Shown piece by piece: positions 19,517 to 29,819 of a DNA stretch of 64,000 nucleotides (its first letter is position 1; every line of letters starts with the position of its first letter). Source of the stretch: Fimicolochytrium jonesii (lineage: Eukaryota); NCBI RefSeq assembly GCF_025526975.1, contig NW_026515697.1, positions 186,001 through 250,000 of the forward strand, written 5' to 3'. The notes under the pieces were generated by a model. The model worked only from the letters and a program-made list of their open reading frames with translations. It was not told the origin of the DNA and searched no databases. Both the position numbers and the translations under genes were made by a program.

Positions 19517-19671
19517 GATACTACTCCCTATACCGCATCGAGCGGTCTAACTGATACTACGCCCTATACCGCATCGAGCGGTCTAAACCCCAACGTAAGC
19601 GAACCCCAACGTAAGCGAACCCCAACGTAAGCGAACCCCAACCTAAGCGAACCCCAACCTAAGCGAACCCC
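19517..19671. repeat. 36-bp tandem duplication followed by a 16-bp x5 minisatellite
   Basis: gatactac(t/g)ccctataccgcatcgagcggtctaa occurs twice, then aaccccaac(g/c)taagcg five times from 19586. Confidence 0.95.
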
Positions 19672-19720
19672 GTAAAGACTTGGACATTGCACAAACACTC
19701 GGATGTTCCACATGCATTGA

Positions 19721-20098
19721 TTATTCGCCCTCCCTTTCGACATCTTCCCCCTTACTGTTGCTTTCTCCCTCACGACGCTCGTCACCCTCACGTGATTCCT
19801 GTTCTTCCTCAAAGCTGTATGCTTCCTGTTCTTCCTCAAAGCTGTCCTCGTTGTCGCTGCGTTGTCGCTGGAACATTTCCCCATCGTCGCTCATGCTGTC
19901 ATCATTCTCATCTGCACAGATATCGTGATGGTCGCCGTAATCTAGCTCTGGGGCAAACTCAGGGTCAAACTCATCCGGGGTTGCGTTATCTGTGGGGTGG
20001 GTATCCAAATCCTTGTTGTCGATCGGCGGTTCCAGAGGTGCTTTCTGTTCCTGACGTTCCTTTTCCATCGTGCGGATTGTTTCTGGCGCTACAGACAT
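19721..20098 (-). CDS. Small, highly acidic orphan protein (125 aa)
   Basis: ATG-initiated D/E-rich ORF downstream of motif copy 3 and a telomeric tract; no recognisable domain. Confidence 0.45.
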   Translation of the reverse strand: MSVAPETIRTMEKERQEQKAPLEPPIDNKDLDTHPTDNATPDEFDPEFAPELDYGDHHDICADENDDSMSDDGEMFQRQRSDNEDSFEEEQEAYSFEEEQESREGDERREGESNSKGEDVEREGE

Positions 20099-20355
20099 AG
20101 TTGAGGGATTGGACAGAAGTTGCTTGTTAACGTGCAGTTGCAGGGGACTTGTGAGGAAAGTGGCTGGGGAGCAGGTCTCGGGGAAATTCCGGATTAGGGG
20201 TTTAGAGTGATCTGTTTTAGGTAGTGTGAGGGATTGCCGCGGGGTGAGGGATTGCTGTTGTTACCTGGAGGTGGTCTGGGGGTGTATTGTACAGAGGTGC
20301 TCGCAATTGCGTTGGGAAGGAAGGGGGTTGGAAAGCAGGTTGGGAAGGAAGGAAC

Positions 20356-20412
20356 GGTTCCTTGCGCGGAGTGCTAACCCTACCTCTGAGTTTTTTCGCG
20401 AGGAAGGCCGGT
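20356..20412 (-). promoter_or_regulatory. Island-specific ~55-bp motif, copy 3 (inverted)
   Basis: The reverse complement reads accggccttcctcgcgaaaaaactcagaggtagggttagcactccgcgcaaggaacc. Confidence 0.55.
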
Positions 20413-20426
20413 GTTAGGGAACCGTG

Positions 20427-20503
20427 CCCTAACCCTAACCCTAACCCTAACCTGGTGTTAGGGAACCCTAACCCTAACTATAACCCTAACCATAACCCTA
20501 ACC
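20427..20503 (-). repeat. Telomeric (CCCTAA)n tract at the island's right side
   Basis: (ccctaa)4, then ggtgttagggaa, then ccctaa with ctataa/ccataa variants. Confidence 0.95.
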
Positions 20504-20525
20504 ATGTGAGGATCCTTCCAAACAG

Positions 20526-20956
20526 CCCATCCCGGCCTCTGGCCCATCCCGGCCCATCCCGGATGAGACGGAACCCGTATTATTATGGCGTGAAACTGGT
20601 TGCCATAATTTATTGCAAACATTGGCAATTGATTTGACTGGTGCGGCCCATCCCGGACATATGTATTGCAACCACTAACCGGGGCAACAGGTTGTTGTCG
20701 CAATTGTTTGCCGTGTTCGTGGACAGCAACAACCCATCCCGCACATTGTACCTCCTATATGAAGTACTATTACATACAGTACCAGCCTCAAGCCTCAAGA
20801 ATCCGTATTGTAATGGCACGGACTCCTATACATACAGTATAAGCCCAGGAGTGGGTAAAACCGTAGAGTCTGAGGAGGACCGTGCACCCATGCAATCGAT
20901 GGCAACCACGCGGACGGATGAAACGGCTGCCCCAAATGCCCAATCAACCCATCCCG
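20526..20956 (+). repeat. Dispersed CCCATCCCG nonamer, six copies
   Basis: Copies at 20526, 20543, 20553, 20647, 20733 and 20948, all in the same orientation. Confidence 0.85.
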
Positions 20957-23035
20957 TGTGCAGCGGCTCAATTTGAGTTCAAGCCTCTCAAGCGTTGGTT
21001 CTAGCGGCTCCGGGAAGAGCGCCCATCGCACGCCCCCCAAGGATGTGGCACTCCCGGCAAGGATATCGCACACCCCGCAAGGATATAAAAGGAGGGCACC
21101 ATCGGCTCCCCCCAGTTGTCTCGTCGGGAACAAACAACGCTTCTGTCTTAACAAGAGTCCTTTTGCATATCCAACACGGCATCGAGCCGTGGTCAGGTAG
21201 GTAACTTAACCCGTCTTCTGCATTTGATGTGGTTTTACCGTCAGCCAGCTGTGTGTTAATACGAGACTTTCGACCAACTACGTAGTTCCCACGCCTTCAA
21301 GTCGTCAGCCAACAGCTGAGAGCGAGTTTGAAGGAATGATGAGTGGAACGCACGCCTCTTTGTCGTGGGTACGTGCGCTTTATTCAACATTACTTGGAAA
21401 ACATGTGAGAATGCTGACTGACTCCTCCTATCTTTAAACCCATGAATAGGGTGTTCAAATTCAAGACTGAGTCTGAGTCTGAATGAGTACGCCTGGCCTT
21501 ATGTCGGTGCAGTCTCTGCAAAAATGGATCAAGACAAGTGGGCTAGTTAGCTTAGTTAGTTAGTGTCTGTTCCACCCGTGTGTGCAGGTGCACGTAAAAT
21601 ACCCTAGCATGTTGACCCCACACAGTGCCGAGGGGCATGGGTCAGACGGCCTCTAAAAGTCGTCACGCGATTATACACGTAATTATAAATGTCGCTATAC
21701 TACTCGCGGAATCAGGAGAAGGACCACCATATTCATGTGAGGGATCGGCTTGTCGACGAGAAGAACACACCGTCACGTTCCGGAGATTCTCTCCGAAGTT
21801 CGAACCCCCTTCGTCTGGCCGAGTGGTAGCGAAGGAGGCCACGGAGAAGACATTGACCGCACTGTCCCCAAGAGAATCGTCCCTATCGTCCGAGTCTTAA
21901 GTAGCGGGCTGTAGACGAGTTGATATGGAGGTTCAAGTCTTTTCGAACCTGCGATCCACGTCTCGTCGCCTAATCTGCAAAGGGCACAGGAAACACACAA
22001 ATATGTTTGAGAGCCGAAGACATGGACGTACCTGCCGATGCAAACAGTTGACGCTCACCTGAGAGAAGAGACGGGAGAAGGGGAGCTTGGTCCGTATGCC
22101 GCAGTGTGACGAGAAGGATTAAGAACCCATCTCGAGCGGATGTCGGGTACAAATTATCATGGCAACACTTACATGCCGAATCGCTGCAGACGTCGAATCG
22201 CTGCAGTAAAATCAGGAACGAGAAGAACGCAGTAAGTTTACACTTGGATGTATGCGTGTAGCAGTACTATTCCAAGAGTTGGAAGCGCTCCATAACAGTG
22301 CCAGAGGCACTCTGCATTTCTTTTGTTGTGTAAACGATGTGGCGACGGCAGGCGTGATTCCGCGGCCAAGAAAGAGACGGTTTACAAGCCAAGTGCTGGC
22401 TTGCAGATGGTTAAAGCTCTCAACCAACCCCCGGCAGACTCGGGAACTGCAAAAAGTGTTGTCTGATTTATTGCTCAAGTTCTTTAACTAGGCTATCACT
22501 GACTACCTGAGTCCCACCGTCAAGATCGACGGCATAGGGACATCAATCAAGCCGAGTGGGAATCTAGCCGCTCCATCACGCAGTGCACATGCAGGGGGCC
22601 GCCTCCCCGGTCCCATCGCCAACAGCACCATGAGCATCGCGAGCGAGCTTGCTCGCCACAGAAGCGGTGGACCCCATGCAACCCATTCACTCCCATCATC
22701 AGCATCTCGTCTCTGAACACGTCCACTCACACGCACAGCGACCCAAGAGGATTGTGGTGGTGCCGGCTGCGTCGATACCGAAGAGGGACACGTGGAGCGG
22801 TGATGCAAAGTCGTCGGTCCCTAGGGGTGCAGCGGGAGGTGCCAATCAGGCGGCGGGTGGTGGAGGACCGTCATCGCAGGCCACTCAGGTTCGGAGGCCA
22901 AAGCCGGTAGCTACATAGGATGGCCCCCGAGTTCTCCTGTTTGTTGGCTGAGGATCGTGTAGCGCATTTGTGAAATGCATTGCGCTATGGCTGGAAGACG
23001 CGTACCCCTTCCAAATGATTTTTTTGCGAGGGGAC

Positions 23036-23914
23036 TCAATAGAGCCTCAGTTCTCCGGTGATCTTATTGACTTCATCGTCTGGACCTGTCGAGTTTTGCA
23101 TGGAGTTGGCACACGTATCATCGTTTCTTCCGTCCCCTCGGGACGGGGTTCAACTCACCAAAGATTCCCAATGCGGTAGCGGATCCTGATGCGACCTGAG
23201 GAACGCAGGAAGTACGTTTTGGTAATGGGAACCGAGGCGAGAAGGTCACATTGAAGCTCCGAACCTGAGTTAGGCCAGCGTCCCGGACAAGTTTCTCCGG
23301 CAGGCCTTTCTCTCGCGCCAGCTTTCTCAACTGCATCCTATCGAGGGCGTTTAGCTGCTAGGATCCATGGAAACCACACATGCCGTACAGGCGATGGCCA
23401 GTGTACCCCATACTCACAAGGCCTCCTCAGAATCCACTCGCAGTGCCACTTTCTTCTGTCCTGCAATTTCCCATTCAGCCAGCCATCTCTTTGTCTATCA
23501 ACTTCCGTTCAGGACTGTGGCCGAGCCTTTTTCCAGATTCTCCTCCCGCGGCACTGACCGTCTCATTGCCGTTCGCCGCCTTATACGTCCCGAGCGTCGC
23601 GTGAGATGCTTGCGCGGCAATCTTCCCAGTTGACATTTGCAAGTCAGAGCGGATAACCAAGACCTGCAGTTCCAAGCTGATCAGTTCAACCCAAGCACAG
23701 AGCTTCTACGAGGTTGGTATACCATCTTGTAAGATCGCGTTGCCGATCTTCCCACGTCGCCAGCCACTTGGACCGCCTTGCCAAATTCGAACCGTTTTGG
23801 GGAGGCCAGCCCTAGCAGGAGGCCAAGGCCCATAGATACGAGCGCCAGGCCGAGGGCGCCTGGACTGTACATGTAGCCGGGGCCGTCGTCTGTTGCGCCT
23901 CGTGAGTTGGCCAT
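23036..23914 (-). CDS. PTH2: Peptidyl-tRNA hydrolase 2 (spliced, N-terminal TM anchor)
   Basis: [57 protein letters not shown]...KITGELRLY. Confidence 0.92.
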
Positions 23915-24207
23915 GCGACGTAAGTAGAGAGAAAAGACGGGTGAGATGCTGGAAAGCGTCAAGGATGTAACAAGGTGGGTAACGAGGTGGGAAGACTGCG
24001 CGGTCACGTGAGGGTAGCTCCGATTTTAGTGTGTTGTAAGCACGACATGACATAACGCGCCATCTACGCGTCAATTCGCTCTACAGTTGAACGATGGACC
24101 CTACTGCAAATAGAATGGCTACTGCTCCAATAACTACCGCCTCGAACCTGCAAGGAAAACCTGCGCAAACCGCTCAGCAAAATGTTACGCCGTCTCCTCA
24201 CGTCTCT

Positions 24208-26955
24208 TCACTGCTCCAACACCGCCACCTTCCGTCGACTCTCATCCAGCAGCGCCACGGTGCCCTTCTTGCAATTCACCGCCAGCTCCATGAATGGGGC
24301 TTCCAGAACTGTTGTATGGCAAGCGTTGACTGAGGGTACGTTTTCATGATTCTGGGAAAACGGGGATGGTATTGTCAGTTCTGAGCGAGGTGTGCATGTT
24401 CGTGATGTTGGAAGGTGAAACTTACCACATCTCGCAAAAAAAGGTTGATGAGACCTGAATATTGATCACTCGATTTGATGTTTGGTGATATGGAAGCGTA
24501 TGGAAAGTCCGGGTATCGGAATGAGGAGAGCATCCCTGTCCGCACTGTAAACACAAAACAATACAATACAAAGCAGCAGTCGTTAACACCAGTATCTCCA
24601 CTAATGACGATCAAGAACATAACATACCTCCGTCAGCCGATTCATGCTCATGCATAACAATCAACTGATCGTCATCAAGGAAATGTTGGCCGGCAACGTG
24701 ATCCAGCCGCACCCCTTCATCTGTGCAAAGTTGGACACAGGCGAGCTCCAATGGCGTGTCTGATGGTGCGGCCCGTTGGGATGATCCGCAGTCTTGGCGG
24801 GTGACGCATACTGTGGATTGGAGCTGATCAGTACTGGAGGTAACGGAGAAGCGCAATGCGGGACGACGGGTTATACGTATTGGGTAGGCGTATTCATCGT
24901 CTGGATTGAAGTCATGCTCTATCCTGAATGCGATGTAATTGTCGTGGAATCTCTGTGGAGATAATATTCTGTTGAGCATGTTATCTTAGTTATTTGAGAC
25001 AATGCAACCCGAACCGACCTGCCAAGTAGTCATCGACGTAACATCCAGCTTATGGGCGGGGGCGCCCCTGCTTCCCGACGGGTAACTATACAGCCGTACA
25101 CAACTCCGCATAACAACAGACTGCTCATCATTCCCAGCGTCGGTCCGAGTCAAGAGTCCACTGTAGTGTTTTATCGGTGCCAAGTCGCTCATATCCCATC
25201 CGGCATTAGCATTAACGGCAGCTAGTTCTTCACGCGTCCAGTAGTCGTTAGGCAAAAAGGTTCGCCGCACATACGCCATAACCTTCCGAACATCTGCCGC
25301 ATCCACATCGAATTCGTACGGAGATTCGGGGTCAGCCTCAACGGCGCGACAACTCTCAGCCAGCCATTTCGAGAACTCCACGAAGTTTTGCAAATTTGTG
25401 AGGGTCTCTAACTGATGACTTTCCACAAACAGCGCGAGAGACCGCACGTGCTCTATGCATTTCAGTATCGCGTCCACGTTCACCACCGGCGTGCCGTGGC
25501 GTATACCCCACTGTCCCAGCCCTTTGAGCTCGTCAAGGTGGAGAAGCAGCCGCTCGATGGCTGGAATAACCTTCGTGCACGCCACCCGACCGATATTGAG
25601 CATGGACGCCTCGACGCTTTTGTGCCAGGAGCGGAGCGCGCTGCCTTGGTTCAGACGTTGGGTAAGGTAGGGTTCCAGGATGGTGCTGGGGACGCCGACG
25701 AGGAGCAGCTGGAGGAGTTCGCTGCCGAAATCCGTGTCGATGTTATGTTCCTCGAGGACTCTGTCAAAGGCGGTGATTTCTTTACTAGTCGTCTCCGATA
25801 TGATTTTGTTCTCGCGTTCGATGGCTTCGACGCCGCCTTCCAGGTATGCTACAAGGGTTTCTACTTGCGCTAGGTGCGTCGTGACGGAGTACAGCAGGGT
25901 GCGATGTGTGCCGAGCAACCGTGGTTCGAAGTGCACCAGATACAGTGTTTTGAGTGCATTGTCTGATTGGTCGATGACTTGGGCGCATAAGTTCGAAGGA
26001 TTCGATGTGAACCACAATTGCGAGATTTCCGGGTTCTGTTGTGGTCTACAGTAAGTATCGACCGACGTATCAGAGCTCAATGATAACATACATTGAACCG
26101 CTTTTCACCCATCGCACTCAAATCTGTTTGGCCTGCTGGGAGCCGTCCGGCGACGCTGTGCCAAGTAAAAACTGTGAGCAATGCAATCCTACGTATATCC
26201 TCAAGTAGCAAACAAGCCGAGCGATCCCTACCTCAGCTGTATCCATCCAGTTCCATCGGATGAAGCTATTATATCCAGCTGCCCCGGAGCCACTTCTGGG
26301 GACCCAGGCCGATCCGTAATGTTGATCCTAGAATGTCATCATTAATCATCTCGTCGTCACACCCACTATCCCATCACTCACGTTGACGACTGTTTCCGCA
26401 ACTGTCCTTCGCTACTCGGCAGCGGAGGCAAATACTTCTCGTCCAGGCCTCCAAACGTCACGATCCTTTGCTTCCAATAAGGGTTCGGTAAGTCTTCATT
26501 CGGTCAACTTTTTAGTCGAGGTTGTGCTCCCACACCTTCTGTGATCCATAGACGTCTGTTGATACCCAGTCCATAAGCTTGATGCCGTCTGTTGGGCCCG
26601 TGAACTTTGCTATGAGAGTTCCAGCTTCAACGTCGCAGACTTCCACTCGTCCGTCTGCAAACCCTATTGCAAGTGATCTCCCTAAGATGTCTTGCGTGAG
26701 AACTTCACATAGTACGCGTATTCACATAAATATTCGCAACCCACCATCCTGCTTCCACGACACAGCGTTTACGGCCACTTGCGAGTCTCTCGCGAGGGTG
26801 CATATGCTAGTCCATTCTGGTAGCCGTAACACCTCGACGTAGTTTGTTTCGTAGGTGAGGGCGAGGAGGTCTTTCATAGGACACCAGCTGAACGAGGCGA
26901 CGGGTTGCTGAGTGCGCAGGGAGACCCAGGGGTTGAATGGCTTTGCGGCGGTCAT
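24208..26955 (-). CDS. APC4: Anaphase-promoting complex subunit 4 (multi-exon)
   Basis: N-terminal WD segment SWCPMKDLLAL...VSWKQDG|RSLAIGFADG, the helical domain ELLQLLLVGVPS...AIERLLLHLDELKGL, and a C-terminal LAVNCKKGTVALL. Confidence 0.85.
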
Positions 26956-27111
26956 TTTGTTAACGGTGGAATATCGGTTCACTTGCAGTCGTCAATGTTG
27001 GCAGCTCCCCGAGTCTGAGCGCACAGTCCCACCCAATTCTGCAGAAGAAGGGTTGGCGACATTCGCACGCGCAACGACAAAGACCCCCTCCTCCGGGAAT
27101 GAAATGTCGCA

Positions 27112-29096
27112 ATGCTCTCTCGACTGTCCGTCCGCAGAGTCAGCTGTCGGGGTTCGCCACTACTACGTCTTCAAACCAAGTATACCTCCACTATGACCGC
27201 CAAGTCAACAAAGGTGCGTTTGGCCGAAATGGAACCAGCGGTTATCTACGGAACTAACCTCCTCACTTTGCAGTCCGCCGACCGTTTAAGCACGTTTGAC
27301 CCAGCAGGGACCGTCTTCTCGGAGTTCACCGCTCTCGCCATCAAGCATAATGCTGTTAACCTGGGGCAGGTCCGTTTTCAAACCATCGTTGAAGTCGTAC
27401 TTTGAATATGCCTCACGCGCATTCCTTCCAACTCCAGGGATTCCCTACATTCCCGGTTCCCGAGTTCATTACGAAGGCGGCCACAAACGCCGTGCAGCAA
27501 CATGGTCTTTTGCACCAGTATACGAGGAGTGAGGGACACGTGAGGTTGGCGAACGGTATGCCATACTTCTGACAACAGGATGATCGTGGCCTATGTCCTT
27601 ACGTATTGGGCACTACAGCACTTTCGACCTACTTCGAGGACAAGCTCGACCGCAAACTGGACCCTCTCAGGGAGATTGTGACTACCGTTGGTGCATCGGA
27701 AGGTGAGGAGCTACGGCAGGGGCGTGCGATGTACAATCCGTCCGAATGACTGACTGTATATCCCGCTCATCACAGCGATCTACAGTACCATGCAAGCGTT
27801 CATCAACCCCGGGGACGAAGTCATCCTCATGCAGCCATTCTACGACTGCTACATGGCGGCGGTCACATTGGCGGGAGGCGTTCCCGTGATGGTGAGCCTG
27901 CGGCCGCCTATGGATGGACCGGCTGTGACATCGGACGATTGGAAGTTTGATGTTGAGGAGATCCGGAGGGCAATTAAGCCGGGCAAGACGAAGATGATAA
28001 TGGTGAACAATCCTCATAACCCCATTGGTGAGACAGAGCTGCGGCACAAAGGCATTCTATGGGGGTGTGCCGGCCGATTGTTGATGCGTTGGGTCTGTAG
28101 GCAAGGTGTTCACACGAAAAGAGTTGGAGGCGATCGCCGCGATTGCCAAGGAGTTTGATCTGCTGGTCCTGGCTGATGAAGTATACGAGACACTCGTCTA
28201 CCCCGATTCCGTCTCGCCTTTCATCAAGTTTGGTATGCGCAATGTGGAACCTGGTGATGATGAAGATGCGAGCAGCGGCTGATCACTTCCCTCAGCGAGT
28301 TTACCGGGGATGTTTGAAAGGACGATCACAGGTACGTTGCATTTGATAGGCAATGCAGCCTGACTGATCTGATACGAGTCTGACCCATCTTCCCCAATGC
28401 AGTTGGAAGCATAGGTCCGTGGCCAACCTCTCCATGCTCTACGAATCGTTGACTGACCTGAGTGGCTCTCACAGGCAAGATGTTCGGAGTAACGGGTTGG
28501 AAGATCGGGTGGGCATTGGGGCCACCCGAGATTGTCCGCGCTATCTGGCTGGTGCATCAGTACATCCCATTCACCGTCGTCACGCCGCTACAGGTACGGC
28601 TGCCTTTGAACTCGATGCACACCGTTAAAGTAAGGCTAATCCCATTGTTCTGTCACAGGAAGCGACGGCCGTCTGCCTGGAGCAAACGCTGACAAACGGG
28701 TACTTCGAGCGCACAATCCAAGAATACCAGGCGTGTCGCGACAAACTCCACGCCGCTCTACAGTCCGTAGGCCTCACACCCACGCTCCCACACGGCGGAT
28801 ACTTCATCTTAGCCGACACCACCAGCATCCCCGATCCCGCTCAAACAGGAACCGATTCCACATTAACCGCAGAAGAAGTCGCCGACCCACGCCGCGACTT
28901 CCGCCTGTGCAAGTGGTTCACAAAAGCTGTCGGCGTGACGCCCATCCCGCCATCGGCATTCTATCATCCGTCGGATATGGACACGCGGGTGAGCGTTGCG
29001 GGCAATCTGGCGAGGTTCGCGTTTTGTAAGAGTGAGGAGACTTTGGATGCCGCGGATGCGAAGCTGAAGGCGTATTTTGGCAAGAGTGATGCTTGA
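27112..29096 (+). CDS. BNA3: Kynurenine aminotransferase / class I PLP aminotransferase
   Basis: AVNLGQ|GFP, HQYTR, PGDEVILMQPFYDCY, NNPHNPIG|KVF, ADEVYE, G|KMFGVTGWKIGW (PLP lysine), GGYF, RFAFCK. The N-terminus resembles a mitochondrial presequence. Confidence 0.9.
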
Positions 29097-29417
29097 GTTT
29101 GAAGTTCGTAGTGCAGGAGTAGGTAGAGCCGTAGATTCGATGTACATCCAACGAGGACTGGCGAGCCGTTATCGGGCATCCGTGCACTTCATCCGAAATA
29201 GAATATGGTAACGGAATATCCATCCGTCCAACCACAGACTCGGCTGTGAATTCAATGCGCCGAGGGACAGGCCGTCCAAGTCTCAGGACCAACTTCTCGA
29301 GGGACGCGGCTGAAAAGGTTTCGCGATCCAAATACTGCTTGGCATGCTATAGTTTTGAAGGCAATCTGCCAGGCAAGATATGCATATGAGCAATCCCATC
29401 TTCTATGAATACCGTAA

Positions 29418-29501
29418 GGGGGTTTGGAGAAGTGGCAAACTCGCACGCCTCCGACCTGTAGGGCCAGCGTGAGATCACCGGTTCGAACCCGGTAACCCTC
29501 G
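29418..29501 (+). tRNA. tRNA-Arg(CCG) with an 11-nt intron (29455-29465)
   Basis: Acceptor stem GGGGGTT/AACCCTC, D-stem GAG/CTC, anticodon stem CACGC/GCGTG with loop CT-CCG-A and an insertion at the canonical 37/38 position, T-arm ACCGG-TTCGAAC-CCGGT, discriminator G. Confidence 0.8.
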
Positions 29502-29819
29502 ACTTCGGGATTGTTTCCATTTTGTCTGGGCCATTCTCACGACCTTCTTTTTGCTTGTTCGGGACTCCCCTAGGTGGTTTGAGGAAGTCTTTTGGCACAG
29601 ACTTCGCACTTTTGGAGAGAGATGTGGTACAGTCGCAGCAGAGGCTCCCAACCTCCCGCACATCAATCCAGCGGACCCCTCTCCTCCACACCCACACTCC
29701 CGCACGTCGCGTAAGAGTACCTTGAGACTGGGGCATCGCGGTCCGAAGGCCTCCTCACTGAGAATTCAACTCTGGTTGCATCTGCTTGAGAAACCTTGCT
29801 CCCGAACAGCAATTCTCCT

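Larger units (their letters stand above)
3500..20503. mobile_element. Fanzor-carrying, telomere-repeat-studded accessory island or putative mobile element (boundaries approximate)
   Basis: Begins at the truncated HAM1 and is bracketed by (TTAGGG)n on the left and (CCCTAA)n on the right. It holds Fanzor, OTU, Josephin, SprT and TET-like genes, private repeats and many short duplications. No transposase or TSD recognised; the right end could lie anywhere up to about 23000. Confidence 0.7.

Noticed and set aside
14038..19671. CRISPR array interpretation of the 38-bp, 36-bp and 16-bp repeats
   Set aside because: Only two copies or head-to-tail units without unique spacers, no cas genes, and a eukaryotic context.
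3500..20503. Assignment to Starship, Helitron, Maverick, KDZ or telomeric retrotransposon classes
   Set aside because: No DUF3435 tyrosine recombinase, Rep/helicase, PolB/integrase, KDZ transposase or reverse-transcriptase motifs seen.
21369..22720. Possible continuation of HAM1 right of the island (GTACGT..attcaaca at 21369; GGRLPGP near 22595)
   Set aside because: Neither translates into Ham1 motifs. The region has splice-like signals and broken frames, perhaps a decayed gene, but I cannot assign it.
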